From positions 1 through 64,000 of the IMG/VR virus record IMGVR_UViG_3300037461_001229: a stretch of DNA of 64,000 bases, one strand, 5' to 3'. The notes beneath the pieces were generated by a model. The model searched no databases. It was not told the origin of the DNA and was given only the letters and a program-made list of their open reading frames with translations. Positions 57,084-64,000 of this stretch are shown here, in pieces. The DNA is from a virus (taxonomy: Duplodnaviria > Heunggongvirae > Uroviricota > Caudoviricetes). Within the stretch, counting starts at the first letter, position 1. The number at the start of each line of letters is the position of its first letter. The translations under genes and the position numbers were made by a program.

Positions 57084-57519
57084 CCCCCGGGGTTTTCCCT
57101 GGGGGTTTGTGCTTTAAGGGTTTTGTCGCATAAATTTGCTTAATTTGGGACAAATATTATCCGCCAATTATCATTCAGTGGGCAATAGAGCGATAATAAA
57201 TAGCCAAGGGGGGTTCGCAAACATTGGACACTAAACGCTACTTACTGTCTTTTGTTTGGAAAATAATCTTTAAAATATTTGGAATTGTCAATTATCTGTT
57301 TTATCTTTGATGCAGTTCTGTGAAAAGTTGTGCGCACAATGGTGAGAAAGAAAGGTGTATACAGGCGATTTGTCTGGAGATTCCAGACAGAGGCAAATGA
57401 AGGCACTTGTTATTTCCTCGGTTTAGAGTATCCGTTAAACCCACAGAACTTTTAACTTAAATATTTAGATTATGAGTAAATTACAAGAGTATTTATATGA
57501 CCAATAAAATAGAAAACCC

Positions 57520-57702
57520 ATGAGTGATAAATGTAAGATATGCGGGGAAGAAACAGATGTTATTTTTAATATTGACTTTGTAGCTACTCCTATATGTGAG
57601 TTTTGTGCTAGGGCAATAACTATTCAACAAGTAGCGTGGTATGTGGATAAAGAATACAAGTTCTTTCCGCCAAAGAACCCTGAAAAACCTAAAATAAAAT
57701 AA
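57520..57702 (+). CDS. small zinc-ribbon protein
   Basis: CKICGEE...CEFC. Confidence 0.3.
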   Translation: MSDKCKICGEETDVIFNIDFVATPICEFCARAITIQQVAWYVDKEYKFFPPKNPEKPKIK

Positions 57703-57705
57703 AAG

Positions 57706-58008
57706 ATGGGAGAAAAGAGAACGAGCGCCGAGTGGTATAAAAACCTACAAAAGTATTACGACATTACCATCATGGATTACGATGGATGGGATAGGGATAA
57801 TTTTCACTACTCTTTCTATGAGGAGTTGATATATAGTGAGGAGTTTGATAAAAGGCTTGAAAGAAGTACCTTGTTGGTTAAGGATTGCCCTTATGGTGTT
57901 AAGTGGGATAATGGTACTTATCGTGCTATTATGGAGGAAAAATATTTTGATGAACAGAGTAACCTTGATGGGTATTATAAGGACAGATATGAAAAGGGAC
58001 AGGTATGA
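57706..58008 (+). CDS. hypothetical protein
   Basis: 100-aa aromatic-rich ORF. Confidence 0.25.
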   Translation: MGEKRTSAEWYKNLQKYYDITIMDYDGWDRDNFHYSFYEELIYSEEFDKRLERSTLLVKDCPYGVKWDNGTYRAIMEEKYFDEQSNLDGYYKDRYEKGQV

Positions 58009-58196
58009 GTAGATTAGGTAGTCATAAGGATGAAGTTGACAGAGAACTCTATGTTCTTGCGTCTATTCTAAAGGATTTAGCGATGTCTAAGGCCGAGGTA
58101 CATCATTCATATTGGGATTCAAAGATAAGAGATATTGAAAATGTAATGAATCACATTCAAAACAGGAGATTTGGTTCACCCACGGAAGGACATTGA
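58005..58196 (+). CDS. hypothetical protein
   Basis: 63-aa ORF, ATGA-coupled. Confidence 0.25.
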   Translation: MSRLGSHKDEVDRELYVLASILKDLAMSKAEVHHSYWDSKIRDIENVMNHIQNRRFGSPTEGH

Positions 58197-58313
58197 AGAT
58201 AAGGGCAATGCCGACAAGTGAGCAAGAAGCCCCTTTCAGCACGTGCGACCCGGTAGAAATACCGGGTTTTTTGTTGTCGCTGATTATTCCTATCTTTGTA
58301 AAAATATTCAAAG

Positions 58314-59063
58314 ATGATTTATTCGTATGTCGTTTACGATACGCTGATTGACCTAATAAGGACGGATAAAAGGGGATTATCCCTTAGTATAGAGGAATTT
58401 AATCGGCTGGCAAGGGTAGTTAATGAGCGCGTTTATTCCAAATATTACGAGGAATTTGAGGGGGATACCAGCAGTATTGATTCTATGGGCGGATTTAAGC
58501 AGCTCAGGCAGTCAGTGTCCCTGGCTTCCGGGATAGGCATACTCCCTTCTGATTACTGGGAGATGATAGGGAAGGGGAGGTATGTGGACTCCAGTGCCGT
58601 GACTAGATATATTGATCTGGTGACTACTCTGGAGCGTGCCGAAAGAGAAGATGATTATCTTACCATGCCCACGACTACTCATCCGGTGATGGAGATAGGA
58701 GACCTGGATGGCAGTGATAATCTGCAGATAAGAGTTTACCCGTCTACGCTAACGACAGTGCCCGCTAATACTATCTATATCGATTACCTGAGGACTGCAG
58801 ACATACCGTTTCTTGATTTCTATACCAATGACACTACGCTGGTTCATACCTATATGGCTGCAGGGGTTAATGTTAACGTGCCAGTAGGGTATACATACAG
58901 GGATGGCAGTGCGGGTGCGGCAGTAAAAGCCAGTCAGACAGTGAACTGGGAATGGTCGGATAGTGATTTTAACCTCATACTGGCTATATTCTGCCAATTG
59001 ATAGGAATCACATTGCCAGATCAGTTACTCGTAGAGACGGGGACTATTAACGAAAAAAAATAA
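58314..59063 (+). CDS. hypothetical structural protein
   Basis: 249 aa, -7 box 58291-58298. Confidence 0.3.
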   Translation: MIYSYVVYDTLIDLIRTDKRGLSLSIEEFNRLARVVNERVYSKYYEEFEGDTSSIDSMGGFKQLRQSVSLASGIGILPSDYWEMIGKGRYVDSSAVTRYIDLVTTLERAEREDDYLTMPTTTHPVMEIGDLDGSDNLQIRVYPSTLTTVPANTIYIDYLRTADIPFLDFYTNDTTLVHTYMAAGVNVNVPVGYTYRDGSAGAAVKASQTVNWEWSDSDFNLILAIFCQLIGITLPDQLLVETGTINEKK

Positions 59064-59069
59064 TAAGAT

Positions 59070-59711
59070 ATGGATAAACGTGCGCTGCGGTCTCTTGTAA
59101 AGAATTTACTCCCTAAGTATGGTTATGAGAGTGAGTTTCATCCCAGGTTTATTGATGCAGTAATTGAGAAGGCTATTGCGAGGCTCTATAATATAGTCTA
59201 TGAAAGGAATCCTTTATCCCTGCAGAGGTTCTGCAAGCGCTTTGGAGGGTCTGGGACACCGATCACTGTATCCAAGGATATTAATACCAATATTTACTAT
59301 TCTAATTACCCAACCGGCTATACTATCATAAATTTCCCAGATAAGGCCTCTGGGGTGCGTAGAGTATCACCTAAGGTACAGTCAGGGGTAGTTTACTATC
59401 CTATGGATGAGAGGGAGGTGGAGTTGGCCTCTGCGGGGTCCTACTTCGATACTGTAACGGCAAAGATAGGGTATATAGTAACGCCGGAAAGGATAGAGTA
59501 CTACGGGATGGATGCGGTGACTGCGGCTGCCGGTGTGAGGCTTGATCTCATTATTCCCTTTAGCCAGTATGCAGATACTGACGAGGTGACCGTGCCTGAG
59601 ATAACCGATGAAGAGGGGAAGGCTTTTACTGATGTGGTGATGGAGGTTATGAGCATAATCAAGCCCTCCGATTTTATTGATGACAATACTAAACAAGATA
59701 ATAAAGAATAA
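59070..59711 (+). CDS. hypothetical structural protein
   Basis: 213-aa ORF. Confidence 0.3.
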   Translation: MDKRALRSLVKNLLPKYGYESEFHPRFIDAVIEKAIARLYNIVYERNPLSLQRFCKRFGGSGTPITVSKDINTNIYYSNYPTGYTIINFPDKASGVRRVSPKVQSGVVYYPMDEREVELASAGSYFDTVTAKIGYIVTPERIEYYGMDAVTAAAGVRLDLIIPFSQYADTDEVTVPEITDEEGKAFTDVVMEVMSIIKPSDFIDDNTKQDNKE

Positions 59712-59713
59712 GC

Positions 59714-60424
59714 ATGGCAACTAATGCGCTGTTGAGTATAGAGGAGGTGGTAACCAGGTTCTGTCTTAAGTATGAGCTGAGCCTCGACCATGCGGTATCT
59801 TTCACCGAGCATGCATGTAACTGTGTCAGGGATTTCAGGGTTTATGATTCTAACCAGGTGGAGTCTTCTAAGGTCACCGTTAGCGCCCTGGGGATAATTG
59901 AGATGCCTGATGATATGCTATCCTTTGTTGATCTCTGCAAGCCTTATAATGGTCAATGGGTAAGTCTTACCGAGATAGATACTATAGTCAATACTACTAC
60001 TATGGCGGGGTTGGTGGAAACAAGAGATTCTGATTTTGGGGAGGGAGAGGTTATTCTTCATCCCGAGGATACCGGCTATGGTGCAAGAGGAGCTGTAAAT
60101 AGTTATAATTACACTATAGACTGGGAGGCTAGAAGGATATTCTGCGAGGGGATTACCAGCGACACATTGCTATTGAGGTATGTAAGCAGCGGTATAGAGA
60201 CATCCGGGACTACCACGGTGCCCGATATTCTCACGCCGGTCATAGATGCCTACCTGTTATGGAAAGGTTCTTATTACATACAGGTATGGGAGAGAAAAAC
60301 AGCATTATATAAAGAGGATTACAAGGAAGAGAAACAAAAGATTCGCAATCTTATTAATTCCATGTCTTACAGTCAGTGGTCCGATCTGCTTCTTGGATTG
60401 ACTACACAGGCGCCTATAAGGTAA
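59714..60424 (+). CDS. hypothetical structural protein
   Basis: 236-aa ORF. Confidence 0.3.
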   Translation: MATNALLSIEEVVTRFCLKYELSLDHAVSFTEHACNCVRDFRVYDSNQVESSKVTVSALGIIEMPDDMLSFVDLCKPYNGQWVSLTEIDTIVNTTTMAGLVETRDSDFGEGEVILHPEDTGYGARGAVNSYNYTIDWEARRIFCEGITSDTLLLRYVSSGIETSGTTTVPDILTPVIDAYLLWKGSYYIQVWERKTALYKEDYKEEKQKIRNLINSMSYSQWSDLLLGLTTQAPIR

Positions 60425-60428
60425 AAGT

Positions 60429-63400
60429 ATGAGTGATTTAAAGAGCGAGATTATATTTGAAGGTACGGGACTGAATTGGGATGACAGCCAGAGGGTGATG
60501 AACGCTGGCGATGCTCCCTATAAGCTTAATATACTCATGGGAGAAGATTATTCCCAGGGGGAGGTGACAAATATGCAGGGTAATTCAGTAGTCACGTATA
60601 ATCTATTTGCCGAGGGGTGTAATACTCATTTTGTATTAGGGAGCCATTATGATCAACTAAACAGGTGTGTATATTATTGGGTTTTCAGTCAGCCGTATGA
60701 CACTACCGGCAGTGGTGATTATGAGTACGACAATAGGCTGTTAAGATATAATGAGGACACCAATACCATCGATACTATTTTCATAGACACCAAGAACTAT
60801 TTTGGTCTGCATCCTAATTACCTCATGAAGGACCCGTTCATTATTGGTAGCTGGCTGTACTTTAATCCAAGGGTTAGTGAGCCTAGGATGATAGATGTGG
60901 TGATGGCTTATAACTACACTAATTATGATGCTTATGATGAATATCGTACGTATGTATTAGGAGATAAGTGTACGTACTTTGGCGGGTTGTTTCTTGCTAA
61001 TCAGGCCGTAGGATTAGGTGAGACGCCGGTCAGTGATCAGGATAAGTGGGACAGGATCGGTGATAGCTACCAGAACTTTACCGGGATAAATGAGGATTCG
61101 GAATTCAGGTATGCCTTTAATGTTCTGAAGATGCCTCCCGTGACAAGGCCGGTATGCGTGTACGATTCAGATACTACATTTACTTCTAATAACGTAAGGG
61201 GTATCATAGGTAGATTTTCATACAGGTACAAATATTTCGACGGTACACATTCCAGGTATTCGGCTTTTTCTGATGTGACACTCCCTGATTATGATGAGTA
61301 CTATAATGGAGAGGTACCTAATGACATTACTTATAAGAACTTTATTAATGTTGTACTTCCATTACACTCAGCCGCGCTGGTAGACGAGATAGAGGTAGTA
61401 TACCAGGTGGTTGGTGAGGATTGGAAGCGGGTAAAGGTAATAAACAGGAAAGATATAGAACTTCTGGCCGAGCAGACCTATTTCTACAGGTTTTACAATA
61501 ACGAGACCTATCCATCGGTTCCTAATGAGGATGTGGGAGTGCCTTACGACGCCGTGCCAAGGACTGCTGAATGCCAGGAGGTCATAAATAAGAATATCCT
61601 ATGCTATGGTCACTGCAAGGAGGGATTTGATAATATAGATAAGAACGACATAGCGGTGACGTTACTTCCGGTTCTGCAGGACATAAGTATCTCTGAAGAC
61701 GTTGATGTAGTGCTGAGAGATAATATCGCAGAGCGCGATTTCAGGATGAGGGAAGGGACTCCTTATGAGGCTTTACCAGTATGGTCTTTTTACCTTTTTA
61801 TAGATAACTGGTACGCTGGGGCTGCGCTTCAGGCTGGGGATATCTACATATTAAACATTAATGAGGTCAATGTAGAATACACGATACAGGCTGCAGATGT
61901 TGCTGCTGGTGCTATAAATTTTGCTATTGCGTTAGCCGCACAGCTAAAGGTACTATATCCTACTATGGAATTTAGTGCGTTAACAGACCCATCTAATGGT
62001 TACTTTGTTATAGCCATGTATTCTGAGACATCCGGGGGCCTTACCAGTATAGGTAAATCATTATTTTACAGGCCGAGTGGCGCTCCTACATCATCTCTTA
62101 CCAAATATCGCGATTTTAAGTCAGGGGCACATCACCCGTTCTGTTTATACTATTACGATGGATCGTTACGCAGATGGGACGCCCAAGTGTCAAAGACCAG
62201 TGTTAATGCCGGGATACCAAATATGGTTGATGGAACTACGGTATATGTTCCGATGCTTAACGAATATGCTCCACTCCCGGTAGATACGGCAAATAAATGG
62301 GTGATAGACTGGGAGATTAATCACACTCCTCCCGAAGGAGCTAAATACTGGAGGTGGGGATATGCCGGGAATAGTCTATGTTCATGGTTTGTTCAGTATG
62401 TTATCAGTAGTATTGCGGCTTCCGCTCCCGGGGCGGGAGAGCCGGCCAATACTATAAAAATAGACATAACACCACTACAGGAGATAGCTACCACTACCAA
62501 TGGTGCATGGAACCAGCTTCCGCAGAGTAATATCTCTCCTTATGAATGGCAAAGAGGTGATAGGGTGAGGTTTATCACCGAGGATATAGATAGCGGTAAT
62601 ATGGGGGCTATCATAGACGGTATGTATGATTACGAAATTCTTAAATTTGATAGTGATAATAATCTTATATTTATCACTGATGAGTTTAATTTTGCTGCAG
62701 TGGTGGGCGGGACGGGAGATAGGGCTCTTATAGAAATATACAGGCCGCGTAAAGCAGACTCCCAGATAGAATATTACGAGTTCGGACCGCTATATCCAGT
62801 AATTAAGGATATAAATGGATTACTTCTTCACGGTGGACAATCCCAGGATCAGGATTTATTGTTATCGCTACCAGCCACAGGGAGGTTCGAGTATGGAGAT
62901 ATTTATAGGATAATACGAACACCCAGCTATCCTATAAGTACTATAGTGGGTTATTTCCATGAGTCATTATGGTATTCCGATTTCTATGATAGTGATGACT
63001 ACGATAGGGGAAAGGTGGGATACGAGCTTAACTTCGGGGAGAGATATCTTAATATAATCCGCTATTCCAACCAGTATCTTCAGGATACTGAGATCAATGG
63101 GCTATCTACCTTTGATGGTAATAACTATAAAGAGCTCAATGATGTCTATGGCAAGCTACTGAGGATAATAGAGATAGGTGATACTCTTAAGTTCTACCAG
63201 CGCAAGAAACCGGGATCGATCATGATAGGGAGAACCGAATATGTAGATGCCGAGGGTAATGCTAATATTGTTCAGACAAGCACGAGAGTACTGGGAGCCA
63301 TAAGATACTCCGGGACTAATTACGGGACAGAATTCCCGGAGAGCATAAGTCGCAATAACCGGTATGTCTATGGTTTTGATGTCTATAATGGTGTCTTCTG

Positions 63401-64000
63401 GCGTGACTCGGCTAATGGTATATTTCCTATCAGTGGTAAGTATACTGGTTCGGAGGGAGCTGGTGATTACAAGATGGATTCTTATTTCAAACAGAAAGCT
63501 AAGGCGCTACTGACATCAGGCGTAGGGTATTGTGATGTAATGACCGTATGGGATGAGCGATACAAGAACCTCTTTGTTACATTCAGGGACCTGGTTAATG
63601 ATGATAATGACGAGACTATAGTCTTCCACGAGCCCAGTAACAGGTGGATATGCTTTACCGAGTTTGATCAGACACCTATTGGGGGATGGAACCAGATGCT
63701 TGAACTGACATACGAGGTGATCCAGGGCTTTGATGCCGGGATAGGCTTTTATTTTGACGAGGATACCAGGTTTGCGGTGTTTGATATAGGTCTCGGGCTA
63801 GGAACTACTGATAATTATAGTAGGAACCCAGGAACTTCTGCTCTTACCTATGCCGCGCCTAATCCCACAGTCCAGGTGGATAATGAAGTAACGGGATTGA
63901 CAGCCGCACTGACATATTCCGCTCCTGACCCTTCGGCGGTGCATACATATGTCACCCTATCCGAAACTCTTATGGAATGGGACCAGTTATTCGGACAGTC
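60429..64000 (+). CDS. giant structural (tail/tail-fibre) protein, 5' partial within window (>1190 aa, runs past window end)
   Basis: manual codon walk from ATG 60429 finds no in-frame stop to nt 64000; consistent with absence of annotated complete ORFs in this span. Confidence 0.55.
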   Translation, partial: MSDLKSEIIFEGTGLNWDDSQRVMNAGDAPYKLNILMGEDYSQGEVTNMQGNSVVTYNLFAEGCNTHFVLGSHYDQLNRCVYYWVFSQPYDTTGSGDYEYDNRLLRYNEDTNTIDTIFIDTKNYFGLHPNYLMKDPFIIGSWLYFNPRVSEPRMIDVVMAYNYTNYDAYDEYRTYVLGDKCTYFGGLFLANQAVGLGETPVSDQDKWDRIGDSYQNFTGINEDSEFRYAFNVLKMPPVTRPVCVYDSDTTFTSNNVRGIIGRFSYRYKYFDGTHSRYSAFSDVTLPDYDEYYNGEVPNDITYKNFINVVLPLHSAALVDEIEVVYQVVGEDWKRVKVINRKDIELLAEQTYFYRFYNNETYPSVPNEDVGVPYDAVPRTAECQEVINKNILCYGHCKEGFDNIDKNDIAVTLLPVLQDISISEDVDVVLRDNIAERDFRMREGTPYEALPVWSFYLFIDNWYAGAALQAGDIYILNINEVNVEYTIQAADVAAGAINFAIALAAQLKVLYPTMEFSALTDPSNGYFVIAMYSETSGGLTSIGKSLFYRPSGAPTSSLTKYRDFKSGAHHPFCLYYYDGSLRRWDAQVSKTSVNAGIPNMVDGTTVYVPMLNEYAPLPVDTANKWVIDWEINHTPPEGAKYWRWGYAGNSLCSWFVQYVISSIAASAPGAGEPANTIKIDITPLQEIATTTNGAWNQLPQSNISPYEWQRGDRVRFITEDIDSGNMGAIIDGMYDYEILKFDSDNNLIFITDEFNFAAVVGGTGDRALIEIYRPRKADSQIEYYEFGPLYPVIKDINGLLLHGGQSQDQDLLLSLPATGRFEYGDIYRIIRTPSYPISTIVGYFHESLWYSDFYDSDDYDRGKVGYELNFGERYLNIIRYSNQYLQDTEINGLSTFDGNNYKELNDVYGKLLRIIEIGDTLKFYQRKKPGSIMIGRTEYVDAEGNANIVQTSTRVLGAIRYSGTNYGTEFPESISRNNRYVYGFDVYNGVFWRDSANGIFPISGKYTGSEGAGDYKMDSYFKQKAKALLTSGVGYCDVMTVWDERYKNLFVTFRDLVNDDNDETIVFHEPSNRWICFTEFDQTPIGGWNQMLELTYEVIQGFDAGIGFYFDEDTRFAVFDIGLGLGTTDNYSRNPGTSALTYAAPNPTVQVDNEVTGLTAALTYSAPDPSAVHTYVTLSETLMEWDQLFGQ

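Noticed and set aside
1-64000. Diversity-generating retroelement, CRISPR-Cas or other large defence systems
   Set aside because: No ORF has reverse-transcriptase (YxDD) motifs, no Cas-like genes or repeat-spacer arrays, and no large ATPase or helicase genes in the window.

Overview
This 64-kb window reads as a temperate Bacteroidota-infecting phage (or prophage-derived) genome segment with low GC and compact gene packing. The Bacteroides-type promoter -7 box TAnnTTTG recurs in front of many + strand genes. Both flanks and the centre carry phage genes, so no host boundary is visible. Main blocks, left to right: (1) a candidate lysis cassette and a tyrosine integrase (0.8-3.7 kb); (2) tail-fibre-like genes on the - strand (3.8-6.4 kb); (3) an SPFH/band-7 lipoprotein with a small membrane partner (6.5-7.6 kb); (4) a - strand early region with a PD-(D/E)XK exonuclease and small Zn-finger proteins (8-11.3 kb); (5) an ~11-kb - strand glycan-biosynthesis island (11.5-22.4 kb) with a GT25, about five GT2-like glycosyltransferases, a DegT-like aminotransferase, a WbqC-like protein, a TPP-dependent E1 alpha plus a truncated E1 beta, an ATP-grasp enzyme and a beta-propeller glycosidase-like protein; (6) a GroES homologue, a VRR-NUC nuclease, an HNH protein, a secreted glucosaminidase endolysin and a protein with 18 near-identical 9-aa repeats encoded by a 27-bp tandem DNA repeat (22-30 kb); (7) small early genes, an SSB with the DDDIPF-type acidic tail, a complete pdxH (pyridoxamine-5'-phosphate oxidase) auxiliary gene, then a GC-rich structured RNA-like region with a tRNA-like (CAT) element (30-35.7 kb); (8) a DEDD 3'-5' exonuclease, a DHH phosphoesterase, a HAD 5'(3')-deoxyribonucleotidase, a dATP/dGTP-diphosphohydrolase-like protein, a GT2 and two paralogous proteins, one with a FISUMP domain (36-44.2 kb); (9) the packaging/head module on the + strand: putative large terminase, an array of about 24 tRNA genes in three sub-operons, a small PD-(D/E)XK-like ORF, portal, scaffold, major capsid, an HNH homing endonuclease, and downstream structural genes ending in a giant ORF of more than 1190 aa that runs off the window. 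Each tRNA sub-operon is preceded by a promoter and an attenuator-like pair of alternative hairpins. All calls rest on motif-level reading of the translated ORFs and manual cloverleaf folding; no database search could be run.
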